Assembly: GCA_012517325.1 (NCBI GenBank)
Contig: JAAYVF010000074.1
Coordinates: 13,701 to 77,700 of the forward strand
Direction: 5' to 3'
Length of the DNA: 64,000 nt
From: Myxococcales bacterium
GTDB lineage: Bacteria > Lernaellota > Lernaellaia > Lernaellales > Lernaellaceae
The notes below the pieces were generated by a model, which worked only from the letters and a program-made list of their open reading frames with translations, made no database searches and had not been told where the DNA came from. Position numbers and translations under genes: made by a program. Shown here piece after piece: positions 18,911 to 27,947 of this stretch. Numbering within the stretch: the stretch's first letter is position 1; the number at the start of each line of letters is the position of its first letter.

Positions 18911-21529
18911 TCAATCGACGGTCACCGTCCCCGCTAAAAACGTATCGCGGATCCACAAATTGCCGGCGGTCGAGTCATAGAACCAACCGCTCGCCGCGGC
19001 GTCCCATTCGACATAGCTGGCGTATTCCGTCAACGCGCCGGCTGGTCCGGTGACGGTGCTCGGCGCGCCGCCGTCGTAAGTCGCCGGCACCGCCCGCAGC
19101 GAATAGGTCCGCGCCAGGGGCGCGCCCGAAACTGTCAGCGTGAATCCGCCGCCGCTCTGCGCCAGGGCGAACGCGGTATCGTCTTCCAGGGTGAACGAGG
19201 AATTGCCGTACGGATACAGTTCCACCCACAATAGGTCGGCGACATCGGTGTGATCGATCACCTCCGGATTGTCGGTCGGCCAGAGCGTTTCCACCGACGG
19301 ATCGAGCAAGGGGATGATCGCGCCGGCCTTGGCATAGACCGGGATATCTTCTTGCGGCACGTCGCGGGTGAAATTGTCGGGGCCGTCGTAGACCTCGTTG
19401 GTCCAGTAATCCACCCAGCGGTCGGCGGGCAGGTAAATGTCGCGCTCGAACTGATCGTGCAGATAAACCGGCTCGACCAGCAGCCAGTCGCCCAGGAGGT
19501 AATCCCAGTTGCGGTCGTAGGTGATCGTGTCGTCCAGGTAAACCAGCGGCAGCATGCGCATGATCGGGTGGCCGGTCAGCGTCGCCTCGCGGGCGTAGGC
19601 TTTCATGTACGGGAACAGCCGGGTGTGGATGACGGCGTAGCGACGGTAAACGTCTTCCATCGGCGCCGCGTAATGTTCCCATACTTCCTGCGCGCCGTTC
19701 TTCGGGCTCTCGAAAATCGGCCGAAACGCCGAATGCGCCGTCCATCGCATCAACAGTTGCGGATCGTCGGCGTCGTAACTGGCGAAGCCGCCGTCATTGG
19801 AACCGTAGTAGGGGAAGCCCGCCGTGCCCAGCGTCAGACCGCCGATGATATCGGCCGGCAAACCCAGGGCGAAGCTCCAATCGGATTCCATATCGCCCGG
19901 CCAAAAATAATTGATGTGGGTCTGCTCGCCCCAGACGGCGGTGCGCACCGTGCAAACGCCCAGCCCGCCGTTGTATTCCTGGGCCAGTTCCCAAAAGAGC
20001 TGGTGGTAGGCCCATTTGTACTCGTACTGTTCGGTCATGGCGTCGCCGAAATCGCCCAGGTTGAACGCATTGGCCGGCCACAAGCCCAGCGTATCGGCGC
20101 CGATGTACTCGCCGCCGTCCATCTTGAACCCTTGAACACCCATGTTCATCACGTTGCGCACCAAGTCCTGGTACCAGGTGTAGGCATTCGGGTTGAGGAA
20201 ATTGACCATGGCGCCGTTGTCGTGCCACCAGGGGTATTCGTAGAGCAGGCCGAGGATGGACACCAGGTAGCCGTTATCCTTGGCGAAATTGAATTGCGCC
20301 GAGTTGTCCTCGATCATTCCCGGCACTTCCACCGGCGAAACGCGGTTCACGAACTCCGCCGTCCAGAGATAAAACGCGTATCCCTGATCGTGAACGTAGT
20401 CGATGACCGCCTGGGCGTCGCTGAACTGGCAACCGGAGGGGCATTCGTTGAAGACGAACGTGCTGTATGAGGTTTGCCAGGGCGCGTCGACCATGATCGA
20501 GGAGGTCGGAATGCCGTGCTCGCGCAAAGCGTCGGCATCGGCATAGACCTCGCTCTCCGAATTGTTCACGTTCCGCCAATGCAGGTGCCCGAACAGGTAA
20601 TCGGGGTTCATCGGCGGACGGCCCGTCACGCCGGTGTAATTCTCGATGATGTCCAGCGGCGCCGGCCCCCAAAAAACGTGCGTCGTCAGTCGGTCGGTGT
20701 AGTATTTATAGCCGTAAGCGTCGTCGCGGGTGTAACCCATGTCGAAATAGCCCCGCCCCTTGTCTTCCACAAACAAGCCGTACCCGCGCGAGGAAAAATA
20801 GAACGGCATCGGCGCATGATTCTGAATCTGGTCCGTCAGGTCGACGCCCAGACCGACGAACATCGTGCGAATTTTACCCCGTTGATCGATGTCGTCGTAT
20901 TGCAGGCCCAGGCCGAAGAAGTGCTCGTCGGCGTCCAGCCGGTAACCGCCGGAGTAGTATTTGACCTCCTCTACTCCCGTCGCCGTCGTCGAAAAAACGA
21001 GGTGATTATCGGCGGCTTTTTCGAAAATCAGCGTTAGCCCCGCCTCGCGATTCCGCTCCTGCGTATTGACGGCCCGCACGTTGACGGTCCAGGTATCGCC
21101 GTCCTGCGACCAATCGAGCACTTCGGCGGCGTAATACCAGTTGTCGCCGAAATTCCCGGCCTGAAAACCGTGCGGCAGAAATGGCATGGGCGAGAGGTTC
21201 AGCGCTTTTTCCGGCTCGTTGGTCGCCAGCAAGGTCTGGCTGTCCGGACCGAGGATTTCGAGATAGTAGGGATTCAAGCGGATGTGCACGGACATTTGGC
21301 CGGCCGGGATCGTCAACCACTCCGGAGTGGTGTCGTCGTTGTCGTCGTTGTCATCGTTGTCATTGTCATCGTTGTCGTCGTTGTTGTCGTCGTTGTCGTC
21401 GTTGTCGTTGTCGTCATCGTCGGTCGGCGCATTGCCGGAATCATCATCGTCGTCATCCGACCCGCAGGAAACCAACAGGAAACCGAACGAGATCAGCAGG
21501 ATCACGATCAACAACCGAAACGATTTCAT
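18911..21529 (-). CDS. Glycoside hydrolase family 31 lipoprotein with Asp-rich linker
   Basis: ATG 21529; lipobox LVSC; Asp/Asn tract; FFGLGLQ, GFKMDGGE (nucleophile Asp), WPGD (acid/base Asp), RWTAHSAF, HPIMRML, YLLGDWLLVEPV and IPVYAKAGAIIP. Confidence 0.9.
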   Translation of the reverse strand: MKSFRLLIVILLISFGFLLVSCGSDDDDDDSGNAPTDDDDNDNDDNDDNNDDNDDNDNDDNDDNDDTTPEWLTIPAGQMSVHIRLNPYYLEILGPDSQTLLATNEPEKALNLSPMPFLPHGFQAGNFGDNWYYAAEVLDWSQDGDTWTVNVRAVNTQERNREAGLTLIFEKAADNHLVFSTTATGVEEVKYYSGGYRLDADEHFFGLGLQYDDIDQRGKIRTMFVGLGVDLTDQIQNHAPMPFYFSSRGYGLFVEDKGRGYFDMGYTRDDAYGYKYYTDRLTTHVFWGPAPLDIIENYTGVTGRPPMNPDYLFGHLHWRNVNNSESEVYADADALREHGIPTSSIMVDAPWQTSYSTFVFNECPSGCQFSDAQAVIDYVHDQGYAFYLWTAEFVNRVSPVEVPGMIEDNSAQFNFAKDNGYLVSILGLLYEYPWWHDNGAMVNFLNPNAYTWYQDLVRNVMNMGVQGFKMDGGEYIGADTLGLWPANAFNLGDFGDAMTEQYEYKWAYHQLFWELAQEYNGGLGVCTVRTAVWGEQTHINYFWPGDMESDWSFALGLPADIIGGLTLGTAGFPYYGSNDGGFASYDADDPQLLMRWTAHSAFRPIFESPKNGAQEVWEHYAAPMEDVYRRYAVIHTRLFPYMKAYAREATLTGHPIMRMLPLVYLDDTITYDRNWDYLLGDWLLVEPVYLHDQFERDIYLPADRWVDYWTNEVYDGPDNFTRDVPQEDIPVYAKAGAIIPLLDPSVETLWPTDNPEVIDHTDVADLLWVELYPYGNSSFTLEDDTAFALAQSGGGFTLTVSGAPLARTYSLRAVPATYDGGAPSTVTGPAGALTEYASYVEWDAAASGWFYDSTAGNLWIRDTFLAGTVTVD
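21332..21457 (-). repeat. Asp-rich low-complexity coding tract
   Basis: Encodes DDDDDSGNAPTDDDDNDNDDNDDNNDDNDDNDNDDNDDNDD after the lipid-Cys. Confidence 0.9.
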
Positions 21530-21764
21530 CTTCCCCTCCCGAAGCGGATTTTTCATTTTCTGGGAAACCGGCCGACCGCCGAGATCGGTGGAAACAAAAC
21601 ATAGCACGATACTTCGCTCTTTTCGAGACAAGTCGCGCGGCCGGCGGCTGACGGTAACCGCGCCGGAAGCGCCCGGATCGCGGAAAAATGACCGCGCGCC
21701 TTGCGCGAGCGGGCCAAGTCTACCAGAATGGTTCGACGCACATCATCCGAAAGAGGGAACAACG

Positions 21765-22802
21765 ATGACCCAAATCAAATTGGCTCCCGCTCCCGAAATG
21801 CTCATCGGACCCGAAGGTAAACCCCGGTACGGCAATTTCGCCGGCTCGATCCGCACCCTGAACCTCGACGACTTCGATTACCGATCCCTCCGCCGTCCGC
21901 CCTGGACCTGGACCCGGGACCTGGCGCGCCAGTTGCTTAAACGGTGGCAATTCGTGGGCGTGGTCGACGAGCACTTCGTTTTTGGCGCGGCCGTCGTTCA
22001 CGTGAATTACCTCGGCACCGGTTTTACCTACCTTTACGACCGCCGGACCAAGACGATCGTTCACGAAGAAATCAAAACGCCGCTGGCTGTGCGTACCTGT
22101 TTCTCGCCGACCGCGGTGGACGGAGTGAGCGAAATCCGCCAGGGCGCGAAGTCGATTTTCATGGACAACACGGTGCGCGACGGGCGACGCGAGGCCGCCG
22201 TGGATTTTGGCGACAAGCTCTCGGCGAAGGTCGCTTATCGTGAAAACGGCACCGGCGTGACTTCCGTGATCCGGCAATCGCTCTATGGGTTCAACCATAC
22301 CTACAAAGCGGCCGGATTGCCGGCTTTGGGGAGCTTTAAATTCAACGGTCAAGAATACCAGTTTTCCGATCGGGCGCTGGCGCTGATCGACTGGACCGTC
22401 GGCACCCCGCCGCGGGAAACGATCTGGAACTGGGCGGCCGCCATGGGCCGGGATAAGAAAGGCCGGATCCTCGGGCTGAATTTCGGTTCCGGCTTGAACG
22501 AATACGGCTTCACCGAAAATACGGTTTGGCTGGACGGCAAGCCGTTCATGTTTGCCGGGATTTCCTTCGAATACGACTCTTTCGACATTATGACCCCTTG
22601 GCGGCTCCTGAGCACCTTCGACGATGCGGTGGATCTGAACTTTCGCCCGGAGCACGAACGCTTCGAGCAGATCTACGCCGGCATCGCCTCCAGCCGTCTG
22701 CATCAACCGTTCGGTTTGTTCAACGGCCGCCTGGCACTGGGGTCCGAAAAGTTGAATGTCGAAATGTACGGATTCTGCGAAGAGCACTACGCCAAATGGT
22801 GA
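21765..22802 (+). CDS. DUF2804 family protein
   Basis: GAGGG RBS and ATG 21765; LKRWQF, WNWAAA, GLNFGSG, TENTVWLDG, HQPFGLFNG and GFCEEHYAKW. The longer upstream ORF extension is antisense to the Asp tract. Confidence 0.85.
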   Translation: MTQIKLAPAPEMLIGPEGKPRYGNFAGSIRTLNLDDFDYRSLRRPPWTWTRDLARQLLKRWQFVGVVDEHFVFGAAVVHVNYLGTGFTYLYDRRTKTIVHEEIKTPLAVRTCFSPTAVDGVSEIRQGAKSIFMDNTVRDGRREAAVDFGDKLSAKVAYRENGTGVTSVIRQSLYGFNHTYKAAGLPALGSFKFNGQEYQFSDRALALIDWTVGTPPRETIWNWAAAMGRDKKGRILGLNFGSGLNEYGFTENTVWLDGKPFMFAGISFEYDSFDIMTPWRLLSTFDDAVDLNFRPEHERFEQIYAGIASSRLHQPFGLFNGRLALGSEKLNVEMYGFCEEHYAKW

Positions 22803-22870
22803 GTTTCGTTATCCGTAAGTATCAATAAAATACCCTTCCAAAGATTGCGTTGAATCATCACTTTTTACCC

Positions 22871-22899
22871 TTGCAAAGATATAGGAACGGTATTATACA
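22871..22899 (+). promoter_or_regulatory. Candidate sigma70 promoter
   Basis: TTGCAA-N17-TATACA in an AT-rich gap upstream of the ORF at 22959. Confidence 0.4.
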
Positions 22900-22958
22900 T
22901 TTCTTTGTAGTCGGGGAGGCACAATTAGCCGATTTGATAGACAATACAGGATTGGGCA

Positions 22959-23219
22959 ATGAATATGGGTTGGCTTATTAAAAAAGGGGCGAACAAGAAA
23001 GAAACGACTTCGGCCAGGCAAAAAATGATTGTCTGCCCTGTATGCAAGGGTCACCGCGTTATTCGCACTCAACCCCAAGAAGTGTTGCCATGGGATCGCG
23101 TCATGAGCGCCGGGAATCATCGCGTCGCCATGGTGGAAACCACTTGTTGGGCTTGCCACGGCGAAGGCCGTGTACCGGCGAATCAGGGCGATTACGTCAA
23201 CGATCGTTTCAGTCGATAA
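22959..23219 (+). CDS. Small protein with DnaJ-type zinc-finger half-sites
   Basis: CPVCKGHR and CWACHGEG motifs; occupies an otherwise empty intergenic gap; candidate promoter upstream. Confidence 0.65.
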   Translation: MNMGWLIKKGANKKETTSARQKMIVCPVCKGHRVIRTQPQEVLPWDRVMSAGNHRVAMVETTCWACHGEGRVPANQGDYVNDRFSR

Positions 23220-23447
23220 TCATTTCCGCTTAGTCGAATTCCTTCAAACTGAAACCCTAAATGGACGCGCGGTTATCGCAAATGGAATGCGTTTATTCCG
23301 TCGACAAGAAGTATTCTGAAGTCGATAAAATGCCTCCGGAACCGAGCCCGTGACCGTGCGCGAAGTCTACTGGAAGGCTGGAATCTTTCTCAAACCGAAG
23401 GTAGATTCAGTCCGGCGCAGACAGAAAACAAACCGGAGAAAACCATC

Positions 23448-24365
23448 GTGCCGAACGACACCACCAAGCGCTATGCGCTCGAAGACGACCGCATCCTGCC
23501 GACCGACGAATTGAAAAAAATCATCAAATTGGAATTGTCCAAGTGGCTTTCGTCGGACAAGGACGCCGACCTGCCGATGCTGCCACACATCGCCGCGCAA
23601 GCCGTCGTCCTGATGAACAATCCGCAATCGTCGATCACCGAGGTCGCCCAGTTGCTCGAACAGGACCAGGTTCTCGCGGCGCAGGTGATCAAACTGGCCA
23701 ACAGCCCCTTCTATCGCTCGATCAAGGACGTGACGACGCTGTCCCGCGCCATCCTGGTCATCGGCCTGCGCAGCGTGCTCGATCTGATTTTCTCGATTTC
23801 CCTGCAAGGCAAAGTGTTTCGCCATCCGCGTTATTCGGCGCGGATGTCCGCTTTGTGGCGGCATTCGATGGGCGCCGCCTACATCTGCCGCGAGATCGCC
23901 AAAGGGATCAACGCCAACGTGGACATCGCCTTTTTATTCGGCCTGCTCCACGACATCGGCAAACCCCTGATCATCGACACCCTCACCAAGCTCAGCCAGA
24001 AAAATCCCGATCAGATCTCGCTGAAGCTGATCGACGACACACTGCTCGATGAGATTTTGGATGAATTTCACTGTTCGGTCGGCGGCTTGATCGCCCGGAA
24101 GTGGGGCTTCCCCGACAAACTCCGGATGGCGATCGTCTATCACCACGACCCGCTGGCCGACGGGAAGGTGCACAAGGGTGCTCTGGTGACGGGCCTGGCG
24201 GATCTCTTCTGCCATCGGTTCGGCATCGGCGTGCCGCCGGTCGACCGCGATTTCTCCGATCATCCCTGGTTGCAACCGCTCGGGATCGATTTCGCCACGT
24301 ACCTGGCGCTCGACGAGCAATTGCGCGACGAAACGCAGGCCTTTCTCGAACAGTTTTCGTTCTAG
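23448..24365 (+). CDS. Stand-alone HDOD domain protein
   Basis: LPMLPHIA, DQVLAAQVIKLANSPFY, LWRHS, FGLLHDIGK and IVYHHDP. Confidence 0.9.
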   Translation: MPNDTTKRYALEDDRILPTDELKKIIKLELSKWLSSDKDADLPMLPHIAAQAVVLMNNPQSSITEVAQLLEQDQVLAAQVIKLANSPFYRSIKDVTTLSRAILVIGLRSVLDLIFSISLQGKVFRHPRYSARMSALWRHSMGAAYICREIAKGINANVDIAFLFGLLHDIGKPLIIDTLTKLSQKNPDQISLKLIDDTLLDEILDEFHCSVGGLIARKWGFPDKLRMAIVYHHDPLADGKVHKGALVTGLADLFCHRFGIGVPPVDRDFSDHPWLQPLGIDFATYLALDEQLRDETQAFLEQFSF

Positions 24366-24448
24366 CGCGCCACGGACCGCGTTTTTTTCGCTCTCCTTCT
24401 TGATTCGTCCATCGCTTGTCGGCAAATTAACGCCAACCGGAGGGACGA

Positions 24449-25618
24449 ATGCCCGCGACCGTGTCGATCCGCCGTTGCGCGAACTACCAATCGGAGGCGA
24501 TCCAGCAAGCCGTGGGCGAAGCCGTCGCCGCGGTCGTCGATCTGCGCGCGCTCGTCGAAAACAAAGCGGTGCTGATCAAGGTCAACCTGCTGTTCAACGC
24601 CCCGCCCCCGCGGGCCGTCTGCACTCATCCGGAGGTCGTGCGCGCCCTCATCCGGCTCGCCAGGGAAGCCGGCGCCGCGGACGTCGCCGTCGGCGACATG
24701 CCCGCCATGCACCTGACCGACCAGCCGGAAATTGCTTTTCGGGAAAGCGGCATCGAGGCGGTTTGCCGGGAAGAAGGCGTCCGGATGTGTCCCTTCAGCC
24801 AGAACGGTTACCGCGAGGTTCCAGTGCCGAACTCTCGGCAACTGCCGACGGTCATCGCCGCCAAGGACGTGCTGGACGCCCCGGTGGTCATCAACGCGCC
24901 CAAGTTGAAATCGCACACCCAGGCGCTTTACACCGGCGCGATCAAAAACTGGTTCGGCGTCGTCGCCAACGCCACCCGGAAGGCCAGCCACGAATTGGCG
25001 GGGTTGGAGCCGTATTCGGGAAGCCTGGTCGACATTTTCAGCGTGCGGCCGCCCGATCTGACCGTGATGGACGCCGTGGTCGGCATGGAAGGCCGCGGCC
25101 CCAGCGAAGGCAAGCCGAGACATCTTGGGCTGATCCTGGCTTCGCGCGACGCGGTGGCGCTGGACACCGTGGCGCTGGAATGCGTCGATTACACCCGCCT
25201 GAACGTGCCGCACGTACGCCTGGCCGGTCAGGCGGGTCTGGGCGAGGCCGACCTGGCGCGCATCGCGATCGACGGGCCGCCGCTGCGCGAGGTGACGGTA
25301 TCGTTCGCCCTGCCGCCGAAGGCCTTCGGACAGCCGCCCCGGTTCATGATCCATTTCGCGTTTCTGCTCTGGCATATCCGGCCGAAGATGCATACCGACC
25401 TTTGCCAGCGCTGCGGCGCCTGCGTCCGTCAATGTCCGGTCGGGGCCATCGAGATCGGCCGGAAAAACGCGCGGATCGACCGGAAAAAATGCATCGAGTG
25501 TTTCTGCTGCCACGAAGTCTGCCCCCACAACGCCATCGGCGAGGACATGACTGTCGCCTACCGGATTCACCGCTGGTTCCATCAATGGCACACCGACCGG
25601 CGGCGTCTCCAGGGGTGA
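24449..25618 (+). CDS. DUF362 protein with C-terminal 2x[4Fe-4S] ferredoxin domain
   Basis: VLIKVNLL, THPEVV, VINAPKLKSH, TGAIKNWFG and MEGRGPS; CQRCGACVRQCP and CIECFCCHEVCP. Confidence 0.92.
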   Translation: MPATVSIRRCANYQSEAIQQAVGEAVAAVVDLRALVENKAVLIKVNLLFNAPPPRAVCTHPEVVRALIRLAREAGAADVAVGDMPAMHLTDQPEIAFRESGIEAVCREEGVRMCPFSQNGYREVPVPNSRQLPTVIAAKDVLDAPVVINAPKLKSHTQALYTGAIKNWFGVVANATRKASHELAGLEPYSGSLVDIFSVRPPDLTVMDAVVGMEGRGPSEGKPRHLGLILASRDAVALDTVALECVDYTRLNVPHVRLAGQAGLGEADLARIAIDGPPLREVTVSFALPPKAFGQPPRFMIHFAFLLWHIRPKMHTDLCQRCGACVRQCPVGAIEIGRKNARIDRKKCIECFCCHEVCPHNAIGEDMTVAYRIHRWFHQWHTDRRRLQG

Positions 25619-25723
25619 TTTGCGGCCGTTTTCCTTCCGTTATTGCGCCCTTAAATTCCCCGGAATCGCCCTTGCAATATTAAATGGAAAGTGGTATGGG
25701 ATTGGCACAATTTGTCTGCGTCG

Positions 25724-25756
25724 AAAGCGGGCAGCCCTTCAGGCACCCGCTTTTTT
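25724..25756 (+). terminator. Terminator-like hairpin in the rimP-nusA leader (candidate attenuator)
   Basis: AAAGCGGG-CA-GCC-CTTCA-GGC-A-CCCGC-TTTTTT: an interrupted stem plus U6, ending 46 nt before the rimP ATG and about 100 nt after the previous stop. Confidence 0.6.
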
Positions 25757-25802
25757 ACTGGGGGGGCCTGTCGTTCCCCCGGAGAAGAAAGGAACCGGAT
25801 CG

Positions 25803-26294
25803 ATGGCGTGGACCTTCATCCGCGAGACGCCGCTGTCGCGGCGCATCGCCGAACTGGCGGCACCCGTTTGCACGCACTGCGGCGTGGATCTCTATTTCGT
25901 GGAGATCGTCGAGGGACGCCGGCGTTCCGTCGTGCGCGTGGCGATCGACGCCATCGGCGGCGTGGATATCGAGGACTGCGCCAAGGTCAGCCGTCAGCTT
26001 TCGGCGGTATTGGACGTGGAGAATCCGATTCAGGGTTCGTTCGTGCTCGAAGTGTCGAGCCCCGGCCTGGATCGGCCGTTGCGCCATCTGGACGACATGC
26101 GGCAGTACGTCGGCCAGAAGGTGAAAGTGGAAACCAAGCAGCCGGTCGAAGGCCGGAAGCGTTTTTCGGGAAAATTGATCGCAGTGGACGAGGAAGCGAT
26201 GCAGGTGGAAATCGACGGCCGGCAGTATCGCGTGCCGGCGGCGGCGGTGCGCAAGGCGAACCTCGTCTATGACTTTGGGACTACCGGGAAGTAA
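25803..26294 (+). CDS. rimP: Ribosome maturation factor RimP
   Basis: GVDIEDCAKVSRQLSAVLDV, LEVSSPGLDRPL and GRKRFSGKL; located before nusA. Confidence 0.95.
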   Translation: MAWTFIRETPLSRRIAELAAPVCTHCGVDLYFVEIVEGRRRSVVRVAIDAIGGVDIEDCAKVSRQLSAVLDVENPIQGSFVLEVSSPGLDRPLRHLDDMRQYVGQKVKVETKQPVEGRKRFSGKLIAVDEEAMQVEIDGRQYRVPAAAVRKANLVYDFGTTGK

Positions 26295-26306
26295 AGGAGT
26301 GGACTG

Positions 26307-27947
26307 ATGTATTCAGACCTCAACCGCGTGATCGACGCCGTAGTAAAAGATCGTGGCCTTTCGCGGGCGGTCGTCGTGGAGGCGCTCAAGTTCGCGATTA
26401 TCTCGGCGGCGCGAAAGAAACTGGGCTTGGACTACAACATCGAGGCCGAATACAACGAGGAACTGGGCGAAGTCGAGCTGTTCCGTTTTCGCGAGGTCGT
26501 GGAAACGATCGAGGACCCGGCCCGGCAGATCAACCTGGAGGAAGCGCGCAAAATCGATCCGGACAGCGAGGTCGGCGACGAACTGGGCGACAAGATCGAC
26601 GCCAGCCAGTTCGGCCGCATCAGCGCGCAGATGGCCAAGCAGGTCATCTTCCAGAAAATCCGCGACGCCGAAAAGGAAAACGTGTTCAACGAATACAAAG
26701 ACCGCGAACACGAGATCATCAACGGCATCGTCCGGCGCTTTGAAAAACGCAACATGATCATCGACCTGGGCCGCGCCGAGGCGATCATGTACCAGAAAGA
26801 CCAGATCCCCAAGGAAGTCTACCAGAACGGCGACCGGATCCGCGGGTACGTCACCGAGGTGCGCAACACCGCCAACGCGCCGCAGATCGTCATGAGCCGC
26901 GCCTGCAACGAATTCATGATGAAACTGTTCGAAATGGAAGTGCCGGAAATCGCCGAGGGTACCGTGCAGATCGTCGCCTGCGCCCGCGAACCCGGGCAGC
27001 GCGCCAAGATCGCCGTGGCCAGCCGCGATCCGAACGTCGATCCGGTCGGCGCCTGCGTCGGCATGAAGGGCAGCCGCGTGCAGGCCGTGGTCAACGAGCT
27101 GCGCGGCGAAAAAATCGACATCGTTCCCTTCTCCGACAACCACGCCACTTTCGTCTGCAACGCCCTCGCCCCGGCCGAGATCACCAAGGTCATCATCGAC
27201 GAGGACAACCGGAAGATGGACATCGTCGTCGCCGACGACCAGCTCAGCCTGGCCATCGGCAAGCGCGGCCAGAACGTGCGCCTCGCGGTGCTGCTCTCCG
27301 GCTGGAAGCTCGACATCCACAGCGAAACGCAGATCAAGCGCATCGAACGCGACGCGCGCCGCATGTACAAGCGCCTGACCAAGGTGCCCGAGGGCGTCCG
27401 CGAAATCCTCATCAAGACCGGCTACACCGACATCAAGGATCTCGCCGAAGCCGAAATCGAGGATCTGGCCGCCTTCCCGGGAATCGACGATACCCTCGCC
27501 GAGGAAATCATCGACGAGGCTTACGCGGTGCACATCACCGGCGAATGGCCGCTGCCCGAACCCGAGGGCGAGGAAGAGGAAGACTACCTGGATCTGGGCC
27601 AGGCCGATCAAGCGCTCCAGGCCGCCCACGATCTGTTCGCGGAAAAGAAGCCGGTCGACGGCGAAAAAGCCGCGGCCAGCGAGCCTGCGGCGCCGGTCGA
27701 GCCCGAGATCGAACTGCCGGAAGGCGACGACTTCGCGATTCAACCCGAAGCGCTGCCGATGATCGCCGGTAAAACCGCGCAGTTCCTGATTCAGCGCGGT
27801 TACGGCACCCGCAACGCCATTTTGCGCGCCTCGATCGAGGAATTGTCCAAGGTGCCGGGCATGGGCCTGGCGCTGGCCGAGGATTTGAAGGAATCGGTCC
27901 GTAAACTGAAGAAGGAGGACGTCGAGTCGAGCACGCCTCACGAATGA
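26307..27947 (+). CDS. nusA: Transcription termination/antitermination factor NusA with extended C-terminus
   Basis: FGRISAQMAKQVI, S1 and KH motifs (REPGQRAKIAV, GACVGMKGSRV, LAIGKRGQNVRLA), then two HhH-like modules. Confidence 0.97.
   Translation: MYSDLNRVIDAVVKDRGLSRAVVVEALKFAIISAARKKLGLDYNIEAEYNEELGEVELFRFREVVETIEDPARQINLEEARKIDPDSEVGDELGDKIDASQFGRISAQMAKQVIFQKIRDAEKENVFNEYKDREHEIINGIVRRFEKRNMIIDLGRAEAIMYQKDQIPKEVYQNGDRIRGYVTEVRNTANAPQIVMSRACNEFMMKLFEMEVPEIAEGTVQIVACAREPGQRAKIAVASRDPNVDPVGACVGMKGSRVQAVVNELRGEKIDIVPFSDNHATFVCNALAPAEITKVIIDEDNRKMDIVVADDQLSLAIGKRGQNVRLAVLLSGWKLDIHSETQIKRIERDARRMYKRLTKVPEGVREILIKTGYTDIKDLAEAEIEDLAAFPGIDDTLAEEIIDEAYAVHITGEWPLPEPEGEEEEDYLDLGQADQALQAAHDLFAEKKPVDGEKAAASEPAAPVEPEIELPEGDDFAIQPEALPMIAGKTAQFLIQRGYGTRNAILRASIEELSKVPGMGLALAEDLKESVRKLKKEDVESSTPHE

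Noticed and set aside
21282-21764. Ser/Leu-rich N-terminal extension of the DUF2804 ORF, and Val/Ser/Thr-rich ORFs opposite the other Asp tracts
   Set aside because: These are alternative-frame or antisense readings of the Asp codon tracts.
25692-25706. Possible sigma54 promoter TGGTATGGGATTGGC before rimP
   Set aside because: The GG-N10-GC spacing fits but the CAC and TT positions deviate; chance matches are likely.
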